NCBI GenBank assembly: GCA_001804285.1
Contig: MHFR01000068.1
Span: 34,383 to 98,382, forward strand
Length of the DNA: 64,000 nt
DNA from: Candidatus Danuiimicrobium aquiferis
GTDB lineage: Bacteria; Omnitrophota; Omnitrophia; Omnitrophales; Danuiimicrobiaceae
Direction: 5' to 3'
The translations under genes and the position numbers were made by a program. How positions within the stretch are numbered: the first letter of the stretch is position 1; each line of letters opens with the position of its first letter. Positions 47,163-57,996 of this stretch are shown here, piece after piece. The notes under the pieces are model-generated. The model worked only from the letters and a program-made list of their open reading frames with translations, was not told where the DNA came from and searched no databases.

Positions 47163-48458
47163 TTGATGGGTGAAATGATTGCAAAGCCTGCTTCAAAAGT
47201 TAGCGGCGAATATCTCCCGCCCGGAGACAAGTCTATTTCTCACCGGTTAGTGATGCTTGGTTCTCTTGCTGAAGGGACGAGTGTTTTTACGCATTTTCTT
47301 GAGGCGGACGATTGCCTGCGAACCATTAAAGCTTTCGAAGCGATGGGTGTCAGTTTCAAAAAAAGTGAAGGCAAATTATTTGTAAACGGAATTGGTGTGC
47401 GGAAATTAAATCCTCCCAAAAGCCCATTAGATCTGGGGAATTCGGGTACGACGATGCGCCTTTTGCTTGGCATTTTAGCCGGTCAAAATTTTGAAGTAAC
47501 TTTGACGGGAGATGCTTCTCTCACGAAAAGGCCAATGAGGCGAGTGACGGAGCCTCTCCGACAAATGGGAGCACAGATTACCGGGACGGAAGACGGGAAT
47601 TTTGCGCCTTTGACGATTAAAGGCGGAAAATTGACCGGAATTCATTGGGTGAATCAAATTGCAAGTGCGCAGGTTAAAAGCGCGATTCTTTTGGCGGGGT
47701 TAAACGCGGATGGCGAAACCTCCGTGGAGGAATCTATCCCATCGCGCGATCATACGGAAAGATTGCTGACGCGATTTGGGGTTCCGGTCGAGCGTCATGA
47801 CCGGAAGATTACCGTCCGGAAAGCGGAGGCCTTGAAGCCGTTTCAATTCCAAGTGCCGGGAGACATTTCATCTGCGGCATTTTTTATGGTGGCGGCCGCG
47901 ATTACGCCGGGATCCGACGTTGTCATTAAAAATGTTGGGTTAAATCCATCGAGATCGGGAATCATTGATATTCTAAAGGCAATGGGTGCAGATATTTCGG
48001 TTGAAATGACGCAGGATCGGGGAGAGCCGATGGGGGATATACACATGAGGGGTTTGGACAAGCGGTTGCAAGCTGTGATCATTAATAAGGAGTGGATTCC
48101 GAACCTGATTGATGAATTGCCCATCTTAATGATTGCTTGTGCGCTTGCGGAAGGCAGGAGTGTCATAAGGGGTGCCAAGGAGCTTCGCGTGAAAGAAACC
48201 GACCGTATTAACTCAATGGCACAGGGGTTAAAAGCGATTGGCGGAAAGGTTCAGCCGACCGAAGACGGGTGTATTATTAACGGAGTCAGCCGTTTTCAGG
48301 GAGGGGCGATTTCCAGCTTTGGAGACCATCGGACGGCAATGAGTTTTGCGATTGCGGCCCTCCAATCGGAGAAAGAAATTCTTATTCAAGATACGGATTG
48401 CATTATGACCTCTTACCCTGGGTTTGAAGCTGATCTGGCTAAGCTTGTAAAGGCATAG
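47163..48458 (+). CDS. aroA: 3-phosphoshikimate 1-carboxyvinyltransferase (EPSP synthase)
   Basis: LPGDKSISHR, LDLGNSGTTMRLL, and RPM.RV are EPSP synthase motifs. Confidence 0.85.
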   Translation: MMGEMIAKPASKVSGEYLPPGDKSISHRLVMLGSLAEGTSVFTHFLEADDCLRTIKAFEAMGVSFKKSEGKLFVNGIGVRKLNPPKSPLDLGNSGTTMRLLLGILAGQNFEVTLTGDASLTKRPMRRVTEPLRQMGAQITGTEDGNFAPLTIKGGKLTGIHWVNQIASAQVKSAILLAGLNADGETSVEESIPSRDHTERLLTRFGVPVERHDRKITVRKAEALKPFQFQVPGDISSAAFFMVAAAITPGSDVVIKNVGLNPSRSGIIDILKAMGADISVEMTQDRGEPMGDIHMRGLDKRLQAVIINKEWIPNLIDELPILMIACALAEGRSVIRGAKELRVKETDRINSMAQGLKAIGGKVQPTEDGCIINGVSRFQGGAISSFGDHRTAMSFAIAALQSEKEILIQDTDCIMTSYPGFEADLAKLVKA

Positions 48459-48590
48459 TTCCCGCAAATAATTGTTCGCCAACGATTTATCAAGGGATTG
48501 TGCTTGACACTTAAAAAAACCGCTTGATATAATAACCCCACTTTAAAAAATAATTCCGTCTGGTATCCCCTTTAACAAAGAAGGTTTTCA

Positions 48591-49646
48591 ATGCAACTAA
48601 TAGATCAAGTTTTAGGCGTTTTTTCTAATGACATTGGAATCGATCTGGGCACGGCAACAACTTTAGTTTACGTAAGAGGACAAGGCGTTGTTTTGTGTGA
48701 GCCTTCCGTTGTTGCGATTGATAAATTCACCCATCAAATTCTTGCTGTCGGTGAAGAGGCTAAAAGAATGTTGGGCCGCACTCCGGGAAATATTCTTGCC
48801 ATCCGTCCGATGAAAGACGGTGTCATTGCTGATTTCGATATTACCGAAGCGATGCTGCGTTATTTTATCCGAAAAGTTCATCGTCATCGACCGTGGGTAG
48901 CGCCCCGTGTGGTCGTTGCCGTCCCGAGCGGTATTACCGAAGTTGAAAAGCGCGCTGTAAAAGATTCCGCGGAACGTGCAGGAGCGAGAAGCCCCGTTTA
49001 CTTGGTGGAAGAGCCGATTGCAGCCGCTGTGGGTGTGGGCCTTCCGATTCAGGAACCCTCAGGGAATATGATTGTTGATATCGGAGGTGGAACGACAGAA
49101 ATTGCCGTGATTTCATTAGCAGGAATTGTTTTTGCTAAAAGTATTCGAATCGGCGGTGATGAATGTGACGATGCGATTATTAATCATTTAAAACGAACAT
49201 ATAATTTGATGATCGGTGAAAGAACGGCTGAGGAAGTGAAAATCAGAATTGGTTCTGCGTATCCGCTTCCGGAAGAAACAACCATTGAAGTGAAGGGGCG
49301 GGATATTTTAGCCGGCCTTCCGAAAACGATTACGGTTTCAAGCGAAGAAATCCGGGAAGCACTTTCGGAAGCTACGGCTGCGATTTTGGAAGCCATTCGA
49401 ATTACGCTCGAACGGACGCCACCTGAGCTTTCGGCAGATTTGATCACAAAAGGAATTGTGCTTGCAGGTGGAGGGGCGTTATTACGGGGGCTTGACAAAT
49501 TGATTAGTGAGGAAACAGGATTGCCGGTCCATATTGCTGATGATCCGCTAACTGCGGTGGCGTTAGGCACAGGCCGGTATCTGAGCGATATTAACCTTTT
49601 GAAAAGGCTCTCTGTAAATACCAATCATAGGCAGTATGACATGTAA
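48591..49646 (+). CDS. mreB: Rod shape-determining protein MreB
   Basis: [14 protein letters not shown], and the actin-like ATPase motifs DIGGGTTE and GIVLAGGGA. Confidence 0.9.
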   Translation: MQLIDQVLGVFSNDIGIDLGTATTLVYVRGQGVVLCEPSVVAIDKFTHQILAVGEEAKRMLGRTPGNILAIRPMKDGVIADFDITEAMLRYFIRKVHRHRPWVAPRVVVAVPSGITEVEKRAVKDSAERAGARSPVYLVEEPIAAAVGVGLPIQEPSGNMIVDIGGGTTEIAVISLAGIVFAKSIRIGGDECDDAIINHLKRTYNLMIGERTAEEVKIRIGSAYPLPEETTIEVKGRDILAGLPKTITVSSEEIREALSEATAAILEAIRITLERTPPELSADLITKGIVLAGGGALLRGLDKLISEETGLPVHIADDPLTAVALGTGRYLSDINLLKRLSVNTNHRQYDM

Positions 49647-49781
49647 TTCAATTTCGGATTGAATTATTGCCCATCCGACAGATCTATCGGCTTTTGATAG
49701 AATATCGAGTAAATTCTCGTAATGGTTAGATAAGTCATCCGGTCTTCATCGAGTAGATGTATTCATTTTGGGGAAAATGCG

Positions 49782-50579
49782 GTGCGGTTTAAATACAACA
49801 TCTTCTTTGTGATTGTGTTTTTATTGCCAATCTGTTTAGGGATTTTAGGAGTAACATTTCCTAAAGCGATTGATGAAGTTCGGATTTTTTCCACCCAAAT
49901 TACTCTCCCCATCTTCAAAACACAAGCAACCGTGATCCGTTGGTTTCGTGATCAGGGGCAGCATCTTCTCGAATGGGCCCATCTTAGCCAGGAGAACGAT
50001 CAACTCAAGCGAAAAGTTCAGGAACTCGAAAACGAACTAAATTCAGTATCCATGCTGAAAAAAGAAAATGAACGGTTAACGGCTCTGCTTGATTTAAAAA
50101 GCCGGAATACGGGCCCGTCGATACCGGCACTTGTTGTGGGACGTGATCCTTCGAACTGGTCTAATTTTATTGTGATCGATAAAGGCAAAAAGGATAAGAT
50201 TTATGTGAATACAGTTCTTGTTCATCCCGAAGGATTGGTGGGAAAAGTGATTTCAGCCGGCAAAAATTCTGCTCGCGCTATTTTGTTGACGGATAGCCAA
50301 TCGCGAGTGAGCGCTTTAGATGAAAGGACCCGGGATGTCGGGCTTGTCGAGGGTGAGGGCTCGGCTATGTTAAAAATGACGTTTCTTGATTATAATTCAC
50401 AAATCCAGGTCGGGGATCTGATCGTTTCTGCCGGTTTGGGCGGAGTATACCCAAAGGGGATTCCGATAGGACGTGTGACCATGGTGAGTGAAGAGAAAAA
50501 TCGGTTGATGTTATATGCGTATGTGAAGCCGTTTGTTTCGTTTTCGAAGTTGGAAGAAGTGTTGTGTGTGAATAAATAA
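49782..50579 (+). CDS. mreC: Rod shape-determining protein MreC
   Basis: GTG start, N-terminal TM, coiled coil (ENDQLKRKVQELENEL), and beta-rich C-domain. It sits directly downstream of mreB. Confidence 0.75.
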   Translation: MRFKYNIFFVIVFLLPICLGILGVTFPKAIDEVRIFSTQITLPIFKTQATVIRWFRDQGQHLLEWAHLSQENDQLKRKVQELENELNSVSMLKKENERLTALLDLKSRNTGPSIPALVVGRDPSNWSNFIVIDKGKKDKIYVNTVLVHPEGLVGKVISAGKNSARAILLTDSQSRVSALDERTRDVGLVEGEGSAMLKMTFLDYNSQIQVGDLIVSAGLGGVYPKGIPIGRVTMVSEEKNRLMLYAYVKPFVSFSKLEEVLCVNK

Positions 50580-50597
50580 TATTTTAGGAGGAAACCG

Positions 50598-51116
50598 TTG
50601 CCGTCTCCACTATTGAAAGAAAGATTCGTTTGGTTTTTCGTGTTTCTGATTTGGCTTGAACTGTCTTTTTTGCCGTTAATTTCCGTTGAATGGTTGAAGC
50701 CCGATCTTTTTGCTATTTTTTTAACCTTTTATGCATTTCAAATCGACCGGAAGCATTTACTCATTCTTGCACTGATTCTGGGGCTTGCTAAGGATTTACT
50801 ATCCAATGCTTTTTTTGGCTTGGAAACTATCTGTTACATTAGCGGGACTGTGTTCCTTCAAATTATTTCCGATCAGTTTGACCGCGATAAACGATGGATT
50901 CAAATTGTCAGCGTTTTTTTATTCACTTTTTTTACGCTCACGATGTTTTCCAGTTTAATGTTGCTCGTACAGCCGCGGTACGGAATAACATTTTCGGGGT
51001 TTATCAAAATTTGTTTTGTCGCTATTTATACAATGGCGGTTAGTTTTGTGGGATTTCCGGTTTTGCAAAAGTGGGTCAGTCCGGTTTTCCGTCAGAAACA
51101 GTATGAACTATTTTAA
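50598..51116 (+). CDS. mreD: Rod shape-determining protein MreD
   Basis: TTG start. Small polytopic membrane protein between mreC and the PBP2 gene. Confidence 0.65.
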   Translation: MPSPLLKERFVWFFVFLIWLELSFLPLISVEWLKPDLFAIFLTFYAFQIDRKHLLILALILGLAKDLLSNAFFGLETICYISGTVFLQIISDQFDRDKRWIQIVSVFLFTFFTLTMFSSLMLLVQPRYGITFSGFIKICFVAIYTMAVSFVGFPVLQKWVSPVFRQKQYELF

Positions 51117-51122
51117 GATGCC

Positions 51123-52853
51123 ATGAATTTAATGAAAAGTACGACTCGATTTAATTTTCTTTTATACGGAATGTACCTCTGTTTATTAATTGTGTCTGCC
51201 GGTTTATTTCGCACCCAAGTGATTAACGGTAGTGATTATCGTGAAGCGAGCGAGCGAAATCGGATCCGGCTGATTCGCCGTGAAGCGCCGCGAGGAAATA
51301 TTTACGACCGAAACGGTTTGCCGGTTGCGACCAATCGACCGGCGTTATATGCTTATATTATTCCGGAGGATTTCGATCCGAAGGATATTCCAGAATTGTC
51401 CCCTCTTCTAGGACTTACCGAATGGGACATCCGCCAGAGAATCAGCAAAGCGAGAGGTGCATCTTTTACTCCTGTGTTGCTCAAATCGGATCTTTCTTTA
51501 GATACGGCCATGCAAATAGAAGAGAAACGGCCAAAATTTTCCGGCGTCTTTATTCAGGTGAAGGCCATTCGGTTTTATCCTCAGCATGAAACCGCCGCCC
51601 ATGTAGTTGGGTATATAGGAAAAATGACGAAGGAAGAATATGAAAAATTAGATCACAGTGTTTATGGCTATGATTCATGGATCGGACGGAGTGGAATCGA
51701 GAGGCTTTATGATCAAATGCTTCGCGGGGAAGACGGTGGAGTGCAACTTGAAGTCAATGCGAGAGGTGTTCCGATTAACGTGTTAAGTGAAAAAGATGTA
51801 ACAGTAGGCCATGATTTGTATATTTCGATCGATGCCAATTTTGAATCTAAAGTGCGGCCGCTTCTTGCAGGGCAGAAAGGCGCTATTTTGGTGGGAGATA
51901 TTAAAACCGGAGGCCTTTTGACGGCGATTAGCACTCCCGGGTTTGATCCGAATGTATTTGTCACACCCGAACAAAAAAAAGAACGATTGGATGTTATTGG
52001 TTCAAAAGAAAAACCCCTGCTGAACCGGGGCTTTAACGGGCTTTATCCGCCGGGTTCCGTTTTTAAATTGTTAACAGCCATTGCGGGATTAGAAACGGGT
52101 GTGATCACGCCGCACACGACATTTACATGCCGTGGATTTTTCAAATTGAACCGTAAATCGCGACCATATAAATGTTGGTATAAAGGGGGGCACGGTCGAG
52201 TTGATTTTTATCGAGCACTCGAACGTTCATGCAATGTTTATTTTTATAACGTTGGCCGTTTACTTGGTGAAAAGCGGCTTGCTGAATATGCACGAAAATT
52301 TGGTTTCGGTTCGCCGGTTGACCTTTCTTTTCCGAATGTAAGCGGTGTCGTGCCTGATCAGGAATGGAAGAAAAAGGCTGTCCACGATCAATGGTATACT
52401 GGCGATACGATTTCATTTGCAATTGGGCAAGGATATTTGCTCGTAAGCCCATTACAAATTCTTCAAATGGTCACCACGATTGCGACGGACGGTCGCGTTT
52501 CAAAACCCTTGCTTATTTTTGATAAAAACGAGCCGTCAAAAACTGAACTTGGGATTCATCCGGAAACCTTTAAGGCGTTAAAACAGGGAATGTTGCAAGT
52601 GGTTCAATCTGATTACGGAACGGGGCAACTTGCCCGTGTTGATTTTGAAAAGTTGGCCGGAAAGACAGGAACTGCACAGGCGCCGCCGGGTCTTCCGCAC
52701 GCATGGATGGGAGCGTTTTTTCCCTATGAAGATCCTAAAATTGCAATTGTTGTTTTTGTAGAACGTGGAAAATCCGGCGGAATTGCAGCCGCAAATATGG
52801 TTAAAGAAGTTGTCCGAATATGGAATGAGGCTTATGGTACCGCGGTTATTTAA
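51123..52853 (+). CDS. mrdA: Penicillin-binding protein 2 (elongasome transpeptidase)
   Basis: Transpeptidase motifs SVFK, SCN and KTGTA, plus the N-terminal dimerisation domain. Confidence 0.85.
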   Translation: MNLMKSTTRFNFLLYGMYLCLLIVSAGLFRTQVINGSDYREASERNRIRLIRREAPRGNIYDRNGLPVATNRPALYAYIIPEDFDPKDIPELSPLLGLTEWDIRQRISKARGASFTPVLLKSDLSLDTAMQIEEKRPKFSGVFIQVKAIRFYPQHETAAHVVGYIGKMTKEEYEKLDHSVYGYDSWIGRSGIERLYDQMLRGEDGGVQLEVNARGVPINVLSEKDVTVGHDLYISIDANFESKVRPLLAGQKGAILVGDIKTGGLLTAISTPGFDPNVFVTPEQKKERLDVIGSKEKPLLNRGFNGLYPPGSVFKLLTAIAGLETGVITPHTTFTCRGFFKLNRKSRPYKCWYKGGHGRVDFYRALERSCNVYFYNVGRLLGEKRLAEYARKFGFGSPVDLSFPNVSGVVPDQEWKKKAVHDQWYTGDTISFAIGQGYLLVSPLQILQMVTTIATDGRVSKPLLIFDKNEPSKTELGIHPETFKALKQGMLQVVQSDYGTGQLARVDFEKLAGKTGTAQAPPGLPHAWMGAFFPYEDPKIAIVVFVERGKSGGIAAANMVKEVVRIWNEAYGTAVI

Positions 52854-53916
52854 AGAAATTCACTGGCCCATGTTTTTTGTTATTCTGATTCTGACCGGAA
52901 TCGGTATTGCCTCAATTTATAGTGCGACATTCCGGATGCAGGAAAATTATGCCGTGAAACAGTTGGGTTGGGCCGGTATTGCTGTATTCGTTTTTTTTGT
53001 GACAGTTTGGGTCGGATATCGGCCCTTTTTTAATATGTCCTATCTTCTCTATGGGATATCGATTGTTCTTCTGATTTTAGTATTGATCATGGGTGAAGTG
53101 CGATCGGGTGCAAGCCGATGGATTGATGTCGGGCCGTTTGCATTACAGCCATCCGAATTGGCCAAGATTTCAACGATCATTGTGCTTGCCGACTTATTTG
53201 CGGGCCGCCCGATTTTTTTTGGGCAAAAACGGATTCTATTACTCGCGAGTATTTTAGTGTTGATACCCTGTGTGCTGGTTTTGAAACAACCGGATCTTGG
53301 TTCTGCGCTTGTTTTTATTCCGATGTTTCTTGCGATTATATTTTTGTGGGGAGTAAGAATCCGTTACCTTGTTATTTTTTTTATAGGTGTTATTGCAAGC
53401 ATGCCTTTTGCATGGCATTTCTTGAAACCGTATCAACAGAAAAGAATTCTTGTATTTTTGGATCCATCAATTGATCCAATCGGCGTCAGCTATACAGCGA
53501 TTCAGTCGAAAATAGCTGTCGGTTCCGGGCAGATTTGGGGGAAAGGATGGCTTCAGGGAACCCAAACGCATCTTGATTTTGTTCCCGAACATCATACCGA
53601 TTTCATTTTTAGTGTCATAGGTGAAGAGTTCGGTTTTCTGGGGTGTTTGCTTTTGGTTCTTTTATTTGCATTATTGATTACCTATGCGTTTCAAATTATG
53701 CAAAATACAACTGATTTGCGCGCGCGTTTGCTTGCGACCGGAATTTCAGTGATTTTGTTTTTTCAAGTGGCCGTCAATATTGGTATGACCATCGGTTTAG
53801 CGCCGATTACCGGAATCCCGTTACCGTTGGTAAGTTACGGGGGGTCCTCGCTCGTGATGACCTTTTTCGGATTGGGATTGCTTGAAAGTATTTATAAGGA
53901 ACGTTCTATTTTTTAA
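52834..53916 (+). CDS. rodA: Rod shape-determining protein RodA (SEDS family)
   Basis: FtsW/RodA/SpoVE-type polytopic protein (GSGQIWGKG...[11 protein letters not shown]). The start choice is 52825 or 52834. Confidence 0.8.
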   Translation: MVPRLFKEIHWPMFFVILILTGIGIASIYSATFRMQENYAVKQLGWAGIAVFVFFVTVWVGYRPFFNMSYLLYGISIVLLILVLIMGEVRSGASRWIDVGPFALQPSELAKISTIIVLADLFAGRPIFFGQKRILLLASILVLIPCVLVLKQPDLGSALVFIPMFLAIIFLWGVRIRYLVIFFIGVIASMPFAWHFLKPYQQKRILVFLDPSIDPIGVSYTAIQSKIAVGSGQIWGKGWLQGTQTHLDFVPEHHTDFIFSVIGEEFGFLGCLLLVLLFALLITYAFQIMQNTTDLRARLLATGISVILFFQVAVNIGMTIGLAPITGIPLPLVSYGGSSLVMTFFGLGLLESIYKERSIF

Positions 53917-53930
53917 ATTGGAGGGTTATC

Positions 53931-54212
53931 ATGAAACAGATCGATAATCGTCAGAAACAACAAATTCAAATGCGTGCGCAAAAAAATCAAATTGATAAAA
54001 ACCGAATGATTTCTATTCAAAAAGAAAAGCAGGACGCGTTTTCGGTCCACGAAAAAGCAGTATCGAAAAGTGAAACCGAAAAAAAAGAAGAAATCAAAAA
54101 GCCGGAACCGGTTCATGTTGAACATAAGGCCGGGAGGAACGACCCTTGTCCTTGCGGTAGCGGGAAAAAGTATAAAAAATGTTGTTTAACAAAAGAATCA
54201 ATGGCGTCGTAA
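53931..54212 (+). CDS. SEC-C-motif (SecA C-terminal-type zinc-binding) small protein
   Basis: C-terminal [15 protein letters not shown]. Confidence 0.6.
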   Translation: MKQIDNRQKQQIQMRAQKNQIDKNRMISIQKEKQDAFSVHEKAVSKSETEKKEEIKKPEPVHVEHKAGRNDPCPCGSGKKYKKCCLTKESMAS

Positions 54213-54229
54213 AGAGGGGGAGAATTTAA

Positions 54230-55000
54230 ATGCCAAATCAAGATAAGAAAATTTTAGTTCTCGATGATGATCCTGATGTGATATCGCTACTCAAACTTCG
54301 CCTCGATAAAGAAGGTTATCAAGTGTTTACAGGGACGGATGGTCTTCAAGGATTGATGAAAGTTAGGGGGCAGATGCCGGATCTTATCATTATGGATGTC
54401 ATGATGCCGAATTTGAACGGGCGTGAATTTTATAAAAAAATGAAAGACAATGAGGAAACAGCGATGATCCCGATTATTGTGATGACGGGACACCCCTTTT
54501 TGCGGGCAGAATTCGAGAAAATGCGATGTGACTATTTTGCCGTGAAGCCCATTCACCCAGGTGAAATAATGCCAGTGATTAGAAATCTGCTGAAGCAAAA
54601 AGTTTTGATTGTGGGAGAGTATAAGGATTTTCAACATTATATTCAATCTGAGTTATCGGAAGATTACTACGAATCAAAGATTGTTGAGCAGCAGGGGCAG
54701 ATGTTCGAAGAACTTGCGGCGAAGCGGTATGATGTTGCTGTTGTCCGGTTGGCACAAGTCGAGGATTCAGCGGAAGAATTTATATCTATGGTTGAACGGC
54801 ATTCTTTAAATAAACGTGTGCTCGTTGTGATTTATAGTGATGCGTATGTGAAAGGGACTGAAGAGGGTGACGCGAAAGTGATTATAGATAATGCGATTAA
54901 GTGGGTGATGGCCGGGCGGGTTCTCTTTTTCGATCCGAGGACGTGCGGGCCGTCATTATTTGAATTTATGAAAGACCATCTTGGGAAAAGCGGTATTTAA
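54230..55000 (+). CDS. Response-regulator receiver protein with a C-terminal domain of unknown function
   Basis: KILVLDDDPD...LIIMDVMMPNLNG...IIVMTG receiver, then ~130 aa with no recognisable motif. Confidence 0.65.
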   Translation: MPNQDKKILVLDDDPDVISLLKLRLDKEGYQVFTGTDGLQGLMKVRGQMPDLIIMDVMMPNLNGREFYKKMKDNEETAMIPIIVMTGHPFLRAEFEKMRCDYFAVKPIHPGEIMPVIRNLLKQKVLIVGEYKDFQHYIQSELSEDYYESKIVEQQGQMFEELAAKRYDVAVVRLAQVEDSAEEFISMVERHSLNKRVLVVIYSDAYVKGTEEGDAKVIIDNAIKWVMAGRVLFFDPRTCGPSLFEFMKDHLGKSGI

Positions 55001-55036
55001 TAATTAAATGACTGAGCAATCGGTTTAGAATTTCAT

Positions 55037-56503
55037 ATGAAAGAAAATAGCGACCCTAAAATCCGGTATCAAGACCTTCCGAGCTTTATTGAATTGTTGC
55101 GTTCCGAGGGTGAAATAAAAGAAATTCGAACGGAAGTTGACCCGGTGCTTGAAATTACTGAAATTTGTGACCGGGTTGTAAAACAAGAAGGACCGGCGTT
55201 ATTCTTTCATAAAGTCAAAGGTTCGTCATGGCCGCTTGTGACAAATCTTTTTGGCTCGCGAAAGAGAATCAATTTGCTTTTTGGCGTGAGCGATGTTAAT
55301 GATGTTGCTTTGCGTATTCAGCAGTTTTTGGATATGAAGCCGCCTCAAGGGATTCTTGAAAAACTCATGTTTCTCCCCAAAGTTCGGTCTCTTGAAGCTT
55401 TGAGTGCAAGAATGGTATCTTCCGGTGAATCGCAGGCGATTATTAAACAAGAAGGTTCTATGATTGATCTTTTACCTGTTCAGAAATGCTGGCCCGAAGA
55501 TGGCGGTAGATTTATCACCTTTCCGATGGTGATTACCCATGACCCGGAAACAGGGAAACGCAATGTCGGGCTTTATCGGATGCATGTTTATGACAATCAG
55601 ACGACCGGTATGCACTGGCAAATTCATAAAGACGGAGCGGAACATTACCGCCGTCTGAAGCAGAGTACACGTTTAGAAGTTGCGGTGGTGCTGGGGGCCG
55701 ATCCTCTTCAGCTTTTTTCCGCGGCATGCCCGCTTCCGTATGGAGTTGACGAGTTGTCTCTTGCCGGTTTTTTGCGGGGTGAACCCGTCAAACTTGTTCG
55801 TTGTAAAACAATCAGCTTGGATGTCCCGGCCAATGCGCAGTGTATTCTTGAAGGCTATGTGGAAAAAGGCGAGATGCGGCTGGAAGGACCGTTCGGCGAC
55901 CATACGGGGTTTTATTCGCGAGCGAAAGATTTTCCGGTTTTTCATGTGACGGCCATGACGCATGCCCGAAATCCCGTTTATTTATCAACAATTGTCGGGC
56001 GGCCTCCCATGGAGGATTGTTATATCGGTCAGGCGATTGAGCGAATTTTTCTTCCGATCATCCAAAAACAGCTTCCCGAAATTGTGGATATTCATCTTCC
56101 GTGGGAAGGTTGTTTTCATAACTGTGTCATCGTATCGATCCGAAAAAGCTATCCCGATCAGGCTAAAAAAGTGATTCATGCGATTTGGGGTCTTGGCCAG
56201 ATGATGTTCTCAAAAAGTGTTTTGGTGTTTGATGATGATTGCCGCATCCAAGATTTGAGGGAAGTGGCATGGCGGGCTTTTAATAATATAGATCCCAAAC
56301 GTGATATGTTTTTTGCCGAGGGTCCGGTTGATGAATTGGATCATTCCGCGGATCACGATTTTGTCGGGTCAAAAGTCGGGATTGATTGCACGCGAAAAAC
56401 GGAAGCTGAAGGAATGAAACGTCCATGGCCGAAGGATGTTGTTATGTCGGATGAAATCAAGAAACTTGTGGGCGAACGTTGGCGGGAGTATGGTTTTAAT
56501 TGA
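55037..56503 (+). CDS. UbiD-family (prenylated-FMN-dependent) decarboxylase, likely the menaquinone late-step enzyme MqnM-like
   Basis: UbiD family architecture, ~490 aa, adjacent to UbiA-like and UbiX genes. Confidence 0.75.
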   Translation: MKENSDPKIRYQDLPSFIELLRSEGEIKEIRTEVDPVLEITEICDRVVKQEGPALFFHKVKGSSWPLVTNLFGSRKRINLLFGVSDVNDVALRIQQFLDMKPPQGILEKLMFLPKVRSLEALSARMVSSGESQAIIKQEGSMIDLLPVQKCWPEDGGRFITFPMVITHDPETGKRNVGLYRMHVYDNQTTGMHWQIHKDGAEHYRRLKQSTRLEVAVVLGADPLQLFSAACPLPYGVDELSLAGFLRGEPVKLVRCKTISLDVPANAQCILEGYVEKGEMRLEGPFGDHTGFYSRAKDFPVFHVTAMTHARNPVYLSTIVGRPPMEDCYIGQAIERIFLPIIQKQLPEIVDIHLPWEGCFHNCVIVSIRKSYPDQAKKVIHAIWGLGQMMFSKSVLVFDDDCRIQDLREVAWRAFNNIDPKRDMFFAEGPVDELDHSADHDFVGSKVGIDCTRKTEAEGMKRPWPKDVVMSDEIKKLVGERWREYGFN

Positions 56504-57347
56504 CTCACTGCGTTCTTTTTTCAAGTTAATTAAATTTGAGCACTCCTTATTTGCCCTTCCGTTTGCCTATCTGGGTTTGTTTATTGCAGAAGACGGATTT
56601 CCGGATCTCCGGATTTTTTTCTGGGTGACGATTGCGATGGTTAGTCTTCGAACAAGCGCCATGTGTTTCAATCGTTTGATTGATGAAAAAATTGATTACG
56701 AAAATCCACGAACAAAAGACAGGCTAAAATGGATAGCCGCCATTTCCAAGGGGAAAGTTTTTCAGATTGCGATTGTTTGTATTGCTATTTTCATATTTTC
56801 AGCTTTTCAATTAAACACGATCTGCTTTTTTTTGTCACCCCTTCCGGTTTTTTTGATTTGGATTTATCCTTATCTGAAGCGAATTACATGGAGTTCTCAT
56901 TTTGTTTTGGGTATCATATTAGGAATCGCGCCGATGGGCGGATGGCTTGCGAGTCGTCCTGAATGGTCATTAGAGCCTGTTTTGTTGGTATTAGCAGTCT
57001 GGATGTGGGTGAGCGGGTTTGACTTGATTTATGCTCTCCAGGATGTCGAATTTGACAGAGCTCATGAATTAAAGTCATTTCCGGTTCGGTTTGGGATTGA
57101 TAAAACCATTTGGTTTGCGAGAAATTTGCACATCGGGACCTTATTGATATTAGTTATTTTTGGGATCGTAAGTTTTTTTGGGATTTGGTATTGGATCGGC
57201 ATGAGTACTATTTCTGTTTTGATTGCACGTGAACATTATTTAGTAAAAAAATTCGGCCTTTTGAAAATTAACGAAGCTTTTTTTAATATGAATGTGTTTG
57301 TAAGCGTCATTATTTTTTTTGCTACAATGATTGAAGTCATGAGATAA
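56490..57347 (+). CDS. UbiA-family aromatic prenyltransferase (MqnP-like)
   Basis: Polytopic protein with Asp-rich NRLIDEKID and a second D-rich motif. Confidence 0.7.
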   Translation: MVLIDSLRSFFKLIKFEHSLFALPFAYLGLFIAEDGFPDLRIFFWVTIAMVSLRTSAMCFNRLIDEKIDYENPRTKDRLKWIAAISKGKVFQIAIVCIAIFIFSAFQLNTICFFLSPLPVFLIWIYPYLKRITWSSHFVLGIILGIAPMGGWLASRPEWSLEPVLLVLAVWMWVSGFDLIYALQDVEFDRAHELKSFPVRFGIDKTIWFARNLHIGTLLILVIFGIVSFFGIWYWIGMSTISVLIAREHYLVKKFGLLKINEAFFNMNVFVSVIIFFATMIEVMR

Positions 57348-57357
57348 GGACCTGTCG

Positions 57358-57996
57358 ATGAAACAAAAGCCATTTGTGATTGCGATGACGGGAGCCAGTG
57401 GATCCGTTTATGGGGTAAGGCTGGTCCGGGTTCTTGCCGAACGTAATTACCGGATGATGCTCACTATTTCTGAAGCGGCAAAAACGGTTATTGGCGAAGA
57501 ATTGGGTGTTGAGATCTGCGATCTCAAGAATCCGGAATTTCTTGTTGCGCTTTTTGGTGCTCAAGCGGTTTCCCAGTTAGAATATTTTTATTGCCACGAT
57601 TTAAAAGCGCCGATCGCCAGCGGATCGTTTCCAACCCAAGGCATGATCATCGTTCCTGCTTCCACCGCTTGTTTCTCAAGGGTTGCGAATGGAATATCAA
57701 ATAGTTTGATTGAACGAGCTGCCGAGTGTACAATAAAAGAAAGTCATAAGCTTGTGATTGTTCCGAGAGAAACGCCTTTGAGTGAGATCCATCTGGAGAA
57801 CTTGCTTAAATTAGTGCGGGTGGGCGTTCGAGTGGTTCCCGCGATGCCGGCGTTTTATTCCGGTTGTCATTCGGTTGAAGAGATGGTGGATTTTGTGGTT
57901 GGGAAGGTTCTGGATCAATTTGAAATTGAACACATGTTGTATCCCCGCTGGACAGGCTCTCAAACGCCGGATCGATTTCAAGAGAAAGGATTTTAA
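57358..57996 (+). CDS. ubiX: Flavin prenyltransferase UbiX (MqnL-like)
   Basis: ~210 aa flavoprotein. N-terminus MTGASGSVYGVRL typical of UbiX/Pad1. Confidence 0.75.
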   Translation: MKQKPFVIAMTGASGSVYGVRLVRVLAERNYRMMLTISEAAKTVIGEELGVEICDLKNPEFLVALFGAQAVSQLEYFYCHDLKAPIASGSFPTQGMIIVPASTACFSRVANGISNSLIERAAECTIKESHKLVIVPRETPLSEIHLENLLKLVRVGVRVVPAMPAFYSGCHSVEEMVDFVVGKVLDQFEIEHMLYPRWTGSQTPDRFQEKGF